This document shows positions 8,111-17,427 of a DNA stretch of 64,000 nucleotides, piece after piece. Made by a program: the position numbers and the translations under genes. Within the stretch, counting starts at the first letter, position 1. Each line of letters opens with the position of its first letter. The notes beneath the pieces were generated by a model that saw nothing but the letters and a program-made list of their open reading frames with translations, had not been told where the DNA came from and did not search any database. The DNA is from Christensenellaceae bacterium (GTDB lineage: Bacteria; Bacillota; Clostridia; Christensenellales; CAG-138). The stretch spans positions 1,048,883 through 1,112,882 of the forward strand of contig OY762962.1 in assembly GCA_963667195.1 (NCBI GenBank). The letters run 5' to 3'.

Positions 8111-9862
8111 ATGGCTTACCGCGCGCTCTACCGCCAATACCGCCCGACCCGCTTTGCCGATGTCATCGGGCAGGAGCACATCACAACCACACTGCGAAAT
8201 CAGGTGTCGTCGGATCGTCCGGCGCACGCCTATTTGTTCTGCGGCACGCGCGGCACGGGCAAAACCACCTCGGCGCGCATTCTGGCGCGCGCGGTCAACT
8301 GCCTCAGCCCCGAGGACGGCGAACCCTGCGGCAAATGCGAAGCATGTCTGATCACGGCAAGTGAGGGCGCTTCCGACATCACCGAGATCGACGCCGCGAG
8401 CAACAACAGTGTCAACGACGTGCGCGATCTCATCGAAAACGCGCAGTACGCGCCGCTCAATCTGCGCCGCCGCGTGTTCATCATCGACGAGGTGCATATG
8501 CTTTCGGGCGCGGCATTTAACGCGCTTCTTAAAACGCTTGAAGAGCCGCCGGAGCACATTCTCTTCATCCTCGCGACCACCGAGCCGCAGAAGCTGCCGG
8601 CTACGATCATCTCCCGCTGCCAGCGGTTCGATTTTCACCGGCTTTCAATGACAGACCTGAAAAAGACGCTCAAGAGCGTGCTGTCCCAGGCGGGCGCGTC
8701 GATCGAAGACGGCGGGCTCTCGCTGATTGCGCGCGCGGCGCAGGGCGGCATGCGCGATGCGCTGTCCCTCGCCGACCAGTGCCTCGCGTTCTGCGGAGAC
8801 AACGTGACCACGCAAAACGTCTACGACGTGCTGGGTAGCATGGAGGACGCGTTTTTATTCGATATGTCAAAGGCGCTGCTCGCCTCCAACGCACCGGACG
8901 CGCTGAGAAAGCTCGATTCCATCATGCAGGCGGGACGCGACCTTTCCGTCTTTGCCGCCGATCTCGCGGCGCATTTCCGCGCGCTGCTGCTGGCTAAGAC
9001 CTGCGGCAGATGCGAGGATTTATTGGACTGCACCGAGGACGAGATGACGCGCTATCTGGAGCAAGCCAAGGGTGCCTCCGAAGCGCGGCTGATGCTCGCG
9101 GTGGATCGCCTGATTGCGGCGCAAAACGACATGCGGTATCTGCCATCTCCACGCGCGCTGCTGGAAAGCGCGCTCATCCACATCTGCCGGCCGGAGGATT
9201 CCGTTTCGCTCGCGAATCTCGAATCGCGGCTCGACCGTCTGGAAGCGCAGATGAAGGATGGAATTCCGGCACAGGTTCCCGCAAAACAGAGCAGTGTGGA
9301 TGCACCTGCGGTGCAAGCCGCAAAGAAGGCGGAGCCAAAGCCCGCAAGGCAGGAACAGGCGCAGGACGAAGCCCCTTGGGCAGACCTGACCCCGCCGCCG
9401 GAAGATTGGCAGCCGGGCGAGACGTTTACCCCGCCTCCGCAGGAACCCGCGCCAAAGCCCGCGGCAACGCCCGCTCCCGCCGCAGCAAAGCACGAAACCA
9501 AACAGGAGGCGCACGCCGCCGCGCAGAAAGCAACGGCCGCGGCCGGTGCTTCCGGCGATCCCGCGGTGATCTGGCGCGAGGCGATTGCGAACATTCCCAA
9601 TATGTTCGTGCAGGCGCTGGCGAGGGAAGCGGTCGCTCTCCACTTTGAGCAAAACGCGCTGACGGTCGGATTCACCGAAGCGCAGGAGATGAAGCACAAG
9701 AGCCTTTCCGCGCCGATCAACTTTGAGCCGACACAGCGAGCATTGCAGATGGTCAAACCCGACGCAAAGCTCGTGATCACGACGACAAAAGCAGCCCCCG
9801 CAAGCGGACAGGCAGAAGAACTCGCCAAAGCGCTGTTCGGGGACAAACTCACGATACAGTAA
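8111..9862 (+). CDS. dnaX: DNA polymerase III subunit gamma/tau
   Basis: MAYRALYRQYRPTRFADVIGQEHI..., Walker A motif GTRGTGKTT and a zinc module CGKCEAC, with a Pro/Ala-rich linker; 583 aa. Confidence 0.95.
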   Translation: MAYRALYRQYRPTRFADVIGQEHITTTLRNQVSSDRPAHAYLFCGTRGTGKTTSARILARAVNCLSPEDGEPCGKCEACLITASEGASDITEIDAASNNSVNDVRDLIENAQYAPLNLRRRVFIIDEVHMLSGAAFNALLKTLEEPPEHILFILATTEPQKLPATIISRCQRFDFHRLSMTDLKKTLKSVLSQAGASIEDGGLSLIARAAQGGMRDALSLADQCLAFCGDNVTTQNVYDVLGSMEDAFLFDMSKALLASNAPDALRKLDSIMQAGRDLSVFAADLAAHFRALLLAKTCGRCEDLLDCTEDEMTRYLEQAKGASEARLMLAVDRLIAAQNDMRYLPSPRALLESALIHICRPEDSVSLANLESRLDRLEAQMKDGIPAQVPAKQSSVDAPAVQAAKKAEPKPARQEQAQDEAPWADLTPPPEDWQPGETFTPPPQEPAPKPAATPAPAAAKHETKQEAHAAAQKATAAAGASGDPAVIWREAIANIPNMFVQALAREAVALHFEQNALTVGFTEAQEMKHKSLSAPINFEPTQRALQMVKPDAKLVITTTKAAPASGQAEELAKALFGDKLTIQ

Positions 9863-9956
9863 CTGTAATTGTTATATAGTAAGTAAAGATAAATTCAGCA
9901 CGATACAGTAAATACAATAGTTAATAAGTAAAGATATTTTCAGGAGGAACTTTTTT

Positions 9957-10304
9957 ATGGCAAAAGGCGGATTTCCCGGCGGAATGGGCGGTATGGGCGG
10001 CGGCAACATGCAGCAGCTCATGATGAAAGCGCAGAAGATGCAGCAGGACGTGGCGCGCGCGCAGGCGGAGCTCAACGAGCGTGAGTTTGTCGCGAGCAGC
10101 GGCGGCGGCATGGTAACCGTCACCGTCACCGGCAACAAGGACGTGAAAGCCATCGTCATCAACCCCGCGTGCGTCGATCCCGACGACGTGGAGATGCTGC
10201 AAGACCTCGTGCTTAGCGCGGTCAACGAGGCACTCCGCACCGCGACCAAGACCGTTGAGGACGAAATCGGCAAGATCACGGGCGGTCTGGGGCTCGGCCT
10301 GTAA
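9957..10304 (+). CDS. ybaB: YbaB/EbfC family nucleoid-associated protein
   Basis: 115 aa with a Gly/Met-rich N-terminus and the canonical position between dnaX and recR. A GGAGG RBS precedes it. Confidence 0.9.
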   Translation: MAKGGFPGGMGGMGGGNMQQLMMKAQKMQQDVARAQAELNEREFVASSGGGMVTVTVTGNKDVKAIVINPACVDPDDVEMLQDLVLSAVNEALRTATKTVEDEIGKITGGLGLGL

Positions 10305-10306
10305 CT

Positions 10307-10903
10307 ATGCTCACCATTGAACCCATCGTCCGGCTGACCACGCAGCTTTCGCGCCTGCCCGGCATCGGGCAAAAGACCGCGCAAAGGCTTGCTTACCATA
10401 TTCTCGATCTGCCGCTCCCGCAGGCGCAGGAGCTTTCGGCAGCGATCATAGCCGCGCGGGAAAAGGTTGTGGACTGCCCGATCTGCGGCACGTATACGGA
10501 CGTTACCCCTTGCGGCATCTGCGCGGACACGAGCCGCGACGGAAGCATACTCTGTGTGGTTTGCGACGCAAAGGATGTCATCGCGATGGAGCGCACGCGC
10601 GAATTCCACGGAAAATACCACGTGCTGCACGGCGTATTGTCGCCCGTGGACGGCGTAGGCCCAGGAGACATCCGCATCAACGAGCTGGTCGAGCGCGTCA
10701 AAGCAGGCGGCGTGAAGGAAGTCATCCTCGCGACCAATCCGGACGTGGAAGGCGAAGCAACGGCGAGCTATATCGCACGTCTGCTCAAACCCATGGGAGT
10801 GAGCTGCACGCGCATCGCGCACGGCATCCCCATCGGCGGCAACCTCGAATACACGGACGAGGTCACACTGGCAAAGGCGATGGAAGGCAGACGGCAACTC
10901 TAA
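10307..10903 (+). CDS. recR: recombination protein RecR
   Basis: HhH region [15 protein letters not shown], a C4 zinc finger ([16 protein letters not shown]) and a Toprim domain; 198 aa. Confidence 0.95.
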   Translation: MLTIEPIVRLTTQLSRLPGIGQKTAQRLAYHILDLPLPQAQELSAAIIAAREKVVDCPICGTYTDVTPCGICADTSRDGSILCVVCDAKDVIAMERTREFHGKYHVLHGVLSPVDGVGPGDIRINELVERVKAGGVKEVILATNPDVEGEATASYIARLLKPMGVSCTRIAHGIPIGGNLEYTDEVTLAKAMEGRRQL

Positions 10904-10911
10904 CGGCGAAT

Positions 10912-10942
10912 AAAAAATAACGGCATGTACCGTTATTTTTTT
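10912..10942 (+). terminator. rho-independent terminator after recR
   Basis: Hairpin AATAACGG-catgta-CCGTTATT followed by a T-run. Confidence 0.75.
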
Positions 10943-10954
10943 GCGATTTTTTCG

Positions 10955-11959
10955 TTATAAGCACACCCGATACGCCGTCGGGAGCGCGTGGGATTCGTCC
11001 AGCAGAATCCAGCCTACCGGCAGGGTTTTCGCCGAAACCTCGGCGGCGCAGACGCGCATGTGCCACTCGATATGAGTGAAGATGTGCTTGCGCTCGTAGA
11101 AGCGCAGCTCGCCCACTGGAGCGATGCCGTGTTCGCCAAGCCACGCCGCGCACGCCGCGTCCGAAAGTTCTCCCGCGGTCTCCGGCAACTGCCACAATCC
11201 CGCGAGCAGGCCGCTGTCGGGTCGGCGGAAGCCGATGAGTTGACCTTCGATCGTGAGCGCGAAGACGGTCTTGCGCTCGATCTTTCTCGCTTTTTTCGCG
11301 GAGAGCACGGGCAGCTCCGCTGTCCGGTTTTCGCGGAAGGCGACGCAACTTTCCCGCACGGGGCATTCCGCGCACACAGGCTTCCCGTTTGGCAGGCAGA
11401 CGGTCGCGCCAAGCTCCATCAGCGCCGCGTTGAACACGCCCGGTTCTTCCGCAGGTATGAGCAGCAAGAGGAACGCGCGCACCTCTTTTTTGAACGCGGG
11501 ATCGCGGATGTCCCGCGCCGCGCCGAAGAGCCGCGCGTAGACGCGCAGCACGTTTCCATCCACGGCGGGCACGTTTTCGCCAAACGCGATGGACGCGATT
11601 GCGCCCGCGGTGTATTCCCCGATGCCGGAGAGGGTGATGAGCTCCTCGTAGTTTTGCGGCATGCTGCCGCTGAAACGCGAAACGATCTCTCCCGCCGCCT
11701 TCTTCAAATTTCTTGCGCGGCTATAGTAGCCCAAGCCCTCCCAGAGCTTGTGCAGGCGGTCGTCGTCCACGTGTGCCAGCGCGGATACATCCGGCAACTC
11801 GCGCAGAAACCGCTCGTAATACGGTATCACGGCGGCAACCCGCGTCTGCTGGAGCATGATTTCGCTGACCCAGACCGCGTAGCCGTCGCGTGTTCTGCGC
11901 CAGGGAAGATCCCGCGCGTTTTTGTGATACCAATCTAATAATGGTGTGATCCAGTCCAT
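10955..11959 (-). CDS. mutY: A/G-specific adenine glycosylase
   Basis: MDWITPLLDWYHKNARDLPWRRTRDGYAVWVSEIMLQQTRV..., an HhH-GPD domain, an Fe-S Cys cluster and a NUDIX-like C-terminus. The start is taken at the MDWITP Met; the ORF is open up to 12088. Confidence 0.9.
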   Translation of the reverse strand: MDWITPLLDWYHKNARDLPWRRTRDGYAVWVSEIMLQQTRVAAVIPYYERFLRELPDVSALAHVDDDRLHKLWEGLGYYSRARNLKKAAGEIVSRFSGSMPQNYEELITLSGIGEYTAGAIASIAFGENVPAVDGNVLRVYARLFGAARDIRDPAFKKEVRAFLLLLIPAEEPGVFNAALMELGATVCLPNGKPVCAECPVRESCVAFRENRTAELPVLSAKKARKIERKTVFALTIEGQLIGFRRPDSGLLAGLWQLPETAGELSDAACAAWLGEHGIAPVGELRFYERKHIFTHIEWHMRVCAAEVSAKTLPVGWILLDESHALPTAYRVCL

Positions 11960-12108
11960 AGCAACAGTATAACATACAAGTTTCACGCATTTTGTGTGAA
12001 AAATGCGCGGAGAATTTCGCCATAGTATGCTATACTGTGTTTCTGAACAGTGCATTTGTCCGCAAATTAGCGGAGAAATAGCGACCAAACCACAGAGGTG
12101 AAGAAAAC

Positions 12109-12678
12109 ATGGATTACACGGAACTGACCCGTCAGGCGGCGGAGGCGGTCGATCATCTGCTCGCGAGCGCGGAATACCGCAAGGGCGATATATTCATCAT
12201 CGGCTGCTCGACGAGCGAAATCGTAGGTAAGCGCATCGGCTCCGCGTCCAGCGAAGAGGCCGCAAAGGCCGTCATGGACGCGATCCTGCCGAAGGTGACC
12301 GAGGCGGGGTTATATCTTGCCGTGCAAGGTTGCGAGCACATCAACCGCGCGATCTGCACAAGCCGTGCCTGCATGGAGCAATATCACTTGCAGGAAGTCT
12401 GGGTGCGACCCTGGCTGCACGCGGGCGGAGCCTTTGCGACCGAGGCATACAACCGCATCCCCGACCGCGTGATGGTGGAAAATGTAGCAGGCAGTGCGGC
12501 TCTCGGCATGGACATCGGCGGCACGCTGATCGGCATGCATCTGCATCCCGTCGTGGTGCCGGTGCACATCGACCAGCGCAAGATCGGCGAGGCTTCGTTC
12601 ATTTTAGCAAAGACGAGACCCAAGTATGTCGGCGGCCCGCGCGCGCAATACGGCGAGGACGAGCCCGCCCATAGATAA
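12109..12678 (+). CDS. TIGR01440/DUF436 family conserved protein
   Basis: 189 aa; the ...KGDIFIIGCSTSEIVGKRIG...LAVQGCEHINRAI... pattern is typical of this family (recollection). Confidence 0.75.
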   Translation: MDYTELTRQAAEAVDHLLASAEYRKGDIFIIGCSTSEIVGKRIGSASSEEAAKAVMDAILPKVTEAGLYLAVQGCEHINRAICTSRACMEQYHLQEVWVRPWLHAGGAFATEAYNRIPDRVMVENVAGSAALGMDIGGTLIGMHLHPVVVPVHIDQRKIGEASFILAKTRPKYVGGPRAQYGEDEPAHR

Positions 12679-12693
12679 GGCGTTTACACCGAA

Positions 12694-12729
12694 AAGGAGC
12701 ACTAAATGTAGTAGAGTGCTCCTTTTTTA
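12694..12729 (+). terminator. rho-independent terminator
   Basis: Hairpin GGAGCACT...AGTGCTCC followed by TTTTTT. Confidence 0.8.
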
Positions 12730-12819
12730 TATAGCATAAAGAGCTCAGAAGTGCGCATAAAAAACAGAAAAAGCGCCCAAACATTGGATTTGTTCGGACA
12801 TATTATACAAAAAAATACA

Positions 12820-12849
12820 TTGCAATTTGATAAACGAGTGTACTATACT
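12820..12849 (+). promoter_or_regulatory. sigma-70-type promoter candidate
   Basis: TTGCAA (12820-12825), an 18-nt spacer, then TATACT (12844-12849). The predicted transcription start near 12856 coincides with the first base of the long closing helix of the downstream structured region. Confidence 0.5.
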
Positions 12850-12855
12850 AGCTTT

Positions 12856-13088
12856 GGTATCCGCGTATCGGGTCTGTGGTTGAAAATCGATGCCAGTCGC
12901 AGGCAAAACGATCCACGTAAGCGGGCAAAGCCCCGTGAGCATGGTGCGGTCTAGAAGTAAGTCCAACCGAAGCATATCTAAAACATGCATTTCGAGAGAG
13001 GCAGTAGTGAGAGGCACATCGCCGGGTAGCGACACTTCCAGTTGGCGGGTGTGGGGGCAAAAACCAGGTCAGCCGGCACTCGGGTATC
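12856..13088 (+). ncRNA. candidate structured RNA (6S-like rod architecture, or a long 5' leader of the zinc-ribbon gene); family unassigned
   Basis: A ~395-bp gap with no convincing ORF and its own promoter. The 5' arm 12856-12881 pairs with the 3' arm 13062-13088: GGUAUCCG with CGGGUAUC, UCGG with CCGG, CUG with CAG, UGGUU with AACCA. Internal helices include GCAUG 12939-12943 with CAUGC 12984-12988. No terminator precedes the CDS at 13125. Confidence 0.35.
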
Positions 13089-13124
13089 AAAAAATTTCAC
13101 GAACCGAAAAGGGGAAAAATCCAA

Positions 13125-13397
13125 ATGTTCCAAGACAAAACACTGGTATGCAAGGATTGCGGTAAGGAATTCGTCTTTACGGCCGGCGAGCAGGAGTTTT
13201 ACGCGGAGAAAGGGTTCCAGAACGAGCCTGTCCGCTGCAAAGATTGCCGCTCCAGCCGCAAGACCACACGCAGCAACGACCGCGAGATGTTCGATGCGGT
13301 CTGCGCAGAGTGCGGGGCGCCCACCAAGATCCCGTTCCAACCCAGAAACGACCGTCCCGTCTACTGCAGCAACTGCTTCCAGAACCACAAGCGCTAA
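13125..13397 (+). CDS. zinc-ribbon domain protein (two CxxC pairs x2)
   Basis: 90 aa with CKDCGKEF...CKDCR and CAECGAPT...CSNCF motifs. Confidence 0.8.
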   Translation: MFQDKTLVCKDCGKEFVFTAGEQEFYAEKGFQNEPVRCKDCRSSRKTTRSNDREMFDAVCAECGAPTKIPFQPRNDRPVYCSNCFQNHKR

Positions 13398-13458
13398 CGC
13401 ATTCCCCTTATTCCGTTCTCGGATATAATCGGAATCAGAGTTTACAAAACGACCTGAG

Positions 13459-13496
13459 AGGCGTTTTCCGAAAGGGAGACGCCTTTTCCGATTTTT
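13459..13496 (+). terminator. rho-independent terminator
   Basis: 11-bp stem AGGCGTTTTCC-GAAA-GGGAGACGCCT followed by a T-rich tail. Confidence 0.8.
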
Positions 13497-13583
13497 GGGG
13501 ATGCGCTTCCCGCGCTTGCCAGCAAATGGCGCACGTGTTATGCTTTTCAATGTCAATCATCGAAGAAATCGAGGAAGATACAT

Positions 13584-14795
13584 ATGGAATCCGTCAAAGA
13601 CCGCTTTTTGCGATATGTCAAAATCGACACCCAGTCCCAGCACCACGTGGACAAAGTCCCCAGCACCGACAAGCAGCTGGACTTAAGCCGCCTGCTGCGT
13701 GACGAGCTCATCGCCATCGGGGCAAGTGATGTTGCGCTCGATTCGCACGGGTATGTGACCGCAACGATCCCCGCGAACACGGCGAAAGTCGCACCCGTCA
13801 TCGGGCTGCTTGCGCATGTGGACACCTCGGACGCGGTGACCGGCACAAATGTGAAACCCAAACTCACACCCAACTACGACGGCGGCGACATCGACATGGG
13901 CAACGGCTACACGCTCTCTCCCGCAAGCTCTCCCGCGCTCTTGCAGCACATCGGCGAGGAGATTATCTGCACGGACGGCACGACGCTGTTGGGCGCGGAC
14001 GACAAGGCGGGCGTCGCGGAGATCATGACGTTTGCGGAGCGGATGCTACGCGCGGATGCGCCGGAGCACGGCAAAATCCGCATCGGCTTTACGCCGGACG
14101 AAGAGGTCGGCCGCGGCGTGGATTTGTTTGACGTTGCCGCTTTTGGAGCGGACTTCGGCTATACGATCGACGGCGGCACACTGGGCGAGATCAACTACGA
14201 GTGCTTCAACGCCGCGAGCGCGGAGATCAACATCAGCGGCGTCAGCGTGCACACCGGCAGCGCGAGAGGGCGCATGGTCAACGCGTCGCTGGTCGCGATG
14301 GAACTGCACGAGCTCCTGCCGCGCTTTGAAAACCCCGCCTGCACGGACGAGTACGAGGGCTTCTTCCACCTCGACAAGCTGGAAGGCTGCGTCGATCACG
14401 CGTATCTGTACTACATTCTCCGCGATCACGACGCGGAGAAATTCGCGCAAAAAAAGGCGCTGATGGAGAAGGCCTGCGCGTATCTCAACGAGAAATACGG
14501 CGCGGGAACGGTCTCCCTGAAGTTGGAGGATACCTATTTCAACATGAAGTCCAAGATTCCGATGGAGATCGTGGAGCAAGCACAGCGCGCGATGGAATCC
14601 GTCGGCATGAAGCCGTACTGCGCGCCCATCCGCGGCGGCACGGACGGCTCGCGGCTCAGCTACATGGGTCTGCCCTGCCCGAACCTCTGCACCGGCGGAC
14701 ACAGCTTCCACGGGCGTTATGAGTTCATCAGCACGCAGGCGATGGAAAAGGTGGTTGGGCTTCTCGAAGCGCTGATTCCCTCGTTTGTAAAGTAA
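13584..14795 (+). CDS. pepT: peptidase T (tripeptide aminopeptidase, M20B)
   Basis: MESVKDRFLRYVKIDTQS..., with HVDT and GADDKAG metal-ligand motifs; 403 aa. Confidence 0.95.
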   Translation: MESVKDRFLRYVKIDTQSQHHVDKVPSTDKQLDLSRLLRDELIAIGASDVALDSHGYVTATIPANTAKVAPVIGLLAHVDTSDAVTGTNVKPKLTPNYDGGDIDMGNGYTLSPASSPALLQHIGEEIICTDGTTLLGADDKAGVAEIMTFAERMLRADAPEHGKIRIGFTPDEEVGRGVDLFDVAAFGADFGYTIDGGTLGEINYECFNAASAEINISGVSVHTGSARGRMVNASLVAMELHELLPRFENPACTDEYEGFFHLDKLEGCVDHAYLYYILRDHDAEKFAQKKALMEKACAYLNEKYGAGTVSLKLEDTYFNMKSKIPMEIVEQAQRAMESVGMKPYCAPIRGGTDGSRLSYMGLPCPNLCTGGHSFHGRYEFISTQAMEKVVGLLEALIPSFVK

Positions 14796-14802
14796 AGCAC
14801 CA

Positions 14803-14840
14803 AAAAACAAAGATGCTCCTTCACGGGAGCATCTTTTTGT
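14803..14840. terminator. bidirectional rho-independent terminator
   Basis: An A-run, then AGATGCTCC-ttcacg-GGAGCATCT, then a T-run. It serves pepT (+) and the small minus-strand ORF. Confidence 0.8.
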
Positions 14841-14851
14841 TGAATTTGATT

Positions 14852-15079
14852 TTAAATATCCCAGTTTTTACGCGGTTGCTTTGCGCCCGGCGTCGTGTTC
14901 CGCTCGGCCTGATGCTGTTCCTCCGCCAAGCGGTAGCGAACCTGCTCCTCTTTCTCCGAGTAGGACAAGGGGCTATGCGACACCATGTTGCGGAGCACGT
15001 CTATCTTCGCCTGTGCCGCGGCCTGCTCGGGGTCGCTCCAGTCGATTGGCGCGCCGGATCGGGCACCATGATAGGACAC
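14852..15079 (-). CDS. small hypothetical protein (75 aa, GTG start)
   Basis: The ORF has GGAAG about 9 nt upstream of a GTG start and ends at the bidirectional terminator. No similarity was recognised. Confidence 0.35.
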   Translation of the reverse strand: MSYHGARSGAPIDWSDPEQAAAQAKIDVLRNMVSHSPLSYSEKEEQVRYRLAEEQHQAERNTTPGAKQPRKNWDI

Positions 15080-15216
15080 GATTTGTCACTTCCGTTCCGA
15101 TCAAACTTGGACTGATTGCGAGATCATCATATTCCCGTGTGGGAGGGTTGTCAATGCGAGATCAATTGAAACGAGGCGCTTTAAGAACAAACATATTTGC
15201 GTATTTGAGCTAGTCT

Positions 15217-16542
15217 TTATTGCGCATTGGTATTGATCAAGGGCAATATCTGCTCGATTGCCCCGGGCACCACGCTCACAATATCAATGCCGACGAACGT
15301 CGAACCACGCCGGTAGGTAAACAGCATCCCAATCACGCCGGTAGTCCCTTTTCGATCATCGAACCGATAGACGTAGCAATCTTGTCCCAAAACGGTTTCG
15401 CGGCTGAACGAGCCGTTCAGTACATCGACCTTGCCATCCTTGTCAAAGTCAAACAACCAAGGAAGAAGGGTGTCAAAGAAATCCCTGCCGGATACCGAGT
15501 CCATCCAGTTCCCGGTGGAATTCGCCGTGTAGATGAACACCATGTGCTGTATGTCTTTCTCGTAGCCGCAATACTCCAAGTCAAGATTGCCGTCCTTGAG
15601 AAAGTCCCGATATGCTTTGTTGCGCGCGTCCTCACCCGTCTCGCTCACAGTGACTTTGTTAAATTCGTCCAGCGTCTCGCGATTGTAGTATTCCCATCCA
15701 GCCGGACTGTCAAACTTCAGACCAAGGAACGCGCTGTCAAATCCTTTCTCTCCGATTTGCGGCATGCTGTAAGATTCGATGGAAGGATAGTCGCTGTATT
15801 GATAGAGGCTGTCGATCACATCCTGCAACATTTGTTCGCTCGGGCACATCAAATTGACATATGCAAACGTGCTATCCTTCTGAACGGCAAACAGCGCGCA
15901 ATAGCCGTATGCCGCATCCATGGGCAGTTCAAAGCGGGTCATCGGATGTTCGGTGTCTCCGAGCTTGATCGTATCCTTTCGAATATTCAACGCGTCGATC
16001 GTCCCGTCACTGCCAATGTCGCAAATCGAGGCAGCGTAGGCATCCACCGCTTCCTGTTCGGACAGAACCCCCGTTCCGTTATCCGAATTATCCTTGAGCA
16101 GGACGAGTATCATTTCGTTCGCGGATTTATTGTATCCAACATAATCATAGATGGTTTGTCCGTTCTTCAAGAGCGTTTGATATTCCTTTAAATACGCTTC
16201 CGCATTGCTCCCATCTGCCTTGATCATGTTTAGTAGATCGATATAGCTGCGATTGTAGGCCTTCCAACCATCGGGCAAGCGAAAGCCGAGGTCGAAATAC
16301 TTGCTCAAATAGCCAGTATCGTCACCTACACCCAATGAAAAGGAATCGACGTTCGGTTCCGGCGTTGGCGCGGGCGTCGGCGTTGGCGTGGGTGACGGTG
16401 TTGGCGTCGCGGTCGGCGTCGGACTTGGCGTCGGCGTAGGCGAAATCAGCTGCGCAAGGTCAGCGCAGCCAGTGAATGTAGCGAGCATGAATACCGCCAT
16501 CACCAGCGCGATGACGGTTTTGGTTCGATTGTACGTTTGCAT
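15217..16542 (-). CDS. lipoprotein with Pro/Thr linker and two tandem copies of an uncharacterised domain
   Basis: Start ATG at 16542 behind AAAGGAGAAAAA. Signal peptide and lipobox ...LATFTGC, with a PT-rich linker (about 16356-16446). Two homologous halves: FSLGVGDDTGYLSKYFDLGFRLPDGW... and GFDSAFLGLKFDSPAGW... Confidence 0.8.
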   Translation of the reverse strand: MQTYNRTKTVIALVMAVFMLATFTGCADLAQLISPTPTPSPTPTATPTPSPTPTPTPAPTPEPNVDSFSLGVGDDTGYLSKYFDLGFRLPDGWKAYNRSYIDLLNMIKADGSNAEAYLKEYQTLLKNGQTIYDYVGYNKSANEMILVLLKDNSDNGTGVLSEQEAVDAYAASICDIGSDGTIDALNIRKDTIKLGDTEHPMTRFELPMDAAYGYCALFAVQKDSTFAYVNLMCPSEQMLQDVIDSLYQYSDYPSIESYSMPQIGEKGFDSAFLGLKFDSPAGWEYYNRETLDEFNKVTVSETGEDARNKAYRDFLKDGNLDLEYCGYEKDIQHMVFIYTANSTGNWMDSVSGRDFFDTLLPWLFDFDKDGKVDVLNGSFSRETVLGQDCYVYRFDDRKGTTGVIGMLFTYRRGSTFVGIDIVSVVPGAIEQILPLINTNAQ

Positions 16543-16622
16543 TTTTTCTCCTTTGATATGACAAGCTGCAGGCGATGCTGCCGCCCTGCACGCTTGCGCA
16601 AGGCGGCAACCGCCATGATGGA

Positions 16623-17390
16623 TTATTTCACCACGTAGAAGGTCTTGAGAATTCCGTCGATGGTCGCGGGATCGACGGCGTCGATGATGATCATCGCAAA
16701 CGTTGTGCCCTGTTTGAGCACGAAGAACGCGCCGTTCATCTGCTTGCCGTTCGACTTCATGTCGTAGCGGTAGACGGGATGCTCCGTGCCGAGCAGATCG
16801 GTCACGACGAGCTTGAGGTTCTTCGCGTCGGATTTTGAATCGCCGTTGTAATCCGTCGCCCAAGTTTGCATCGCCTGCATGACCGCAAACTCGGTGTGCT
16901 GTGCCGATCCTTCGGAAGTGTAATCCAGCAAAATGATCATCATGTAATCATCGCCTTCATACGGCATCGCATAGAGATCATACACGAGCTTGCCCTGTTT
17001 GAGCATGTCGATGTATTCCTGAGTGATCACGGACGTGCTCTTTCCCGTCGTGTCGATTTCGTTCACGAGGTTCATCTGGTCCGGCGTATAGAGATACCAG
17101 TTATTCGGCGCGGGAAATCCGAAGCGGAAGTAGCTGTTGTAGTAACCATTCGGCCCGCCAAAGCCGAGCTTGAGAGAATCGACCGTCACCGCCGGAGTCG
17201 GACTCGGCGTAGGGCTCGGTGTGGGCGTGGGTGTCGGTGTCGGCGTCGGCGTCGGGGTCGGCGTCGCGGTCGGGGTTGCGGTCGGCGTCGGCGTTGGCGA
17301 AATTGCCTGCATGATCTCCGCGCAGGCGGTAAGCGACAGCATGCTCGCGAGCGCGAGCAGCAGCGCGATCGATCGGGTCAAGCGTTTCAT
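16623..17390 (-). CDS. lipoprotein paralog (single domain) with Pro/Thr linker
   Basis: RBS AGAGGAGAA, lipobox LSLTAC and a 36-aa (T/S)P linker. The domain begins LKLGFGGPNGYYNSYFRFGFPAPNNW. Confidence 0.8.
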   Translation of the reverse strand: MKRLTRSIALLLALASMLSLTACAEIMQAISPTPTPTATPTATPTPTPTPTPTPTPTPSPTPSPTPAVTVDSLKLGFGGPNGYYNSYFRFGFPAPNNWYLYTPDQMNLVNEIDTTGKSTSVITQEYIDMLKQGKLVYDLYAMPYEGDDYMMIILLDYTSEGSAQHTEFAVMQAMQTWATDYNGDSKSDAKNLKLVVTDLLGTEHPVYRYDMKSNGKQMNGAFFVLKQGTTFAMIIIDAVDPATIDGILKTFYVVK

Positions 17391-17427
17391 ACGTTCTCCT
17401 CTATCTTTCTCGTTCAAAAGCCACAGA

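Noticed and set aside
8111-9862. Looked for a programmed -1 frameshift site in dnaX (tau/gamma).
   Set aside because: No A-AAA-AAG-type slippery heptamer with a downstream hairpin was seen in the linker region. The Pro/Ala-rich segment is simple low complexity.
16356-16446. Considered whether the GC-rich short-period DNA repeats (ggcgtyggcg...) in the three lipoprotein genes could be non-coding tandem repeats.
   Set aside because: They are the in-frame antisense image of Pro/Thr linker codons within well-supported CDSs.
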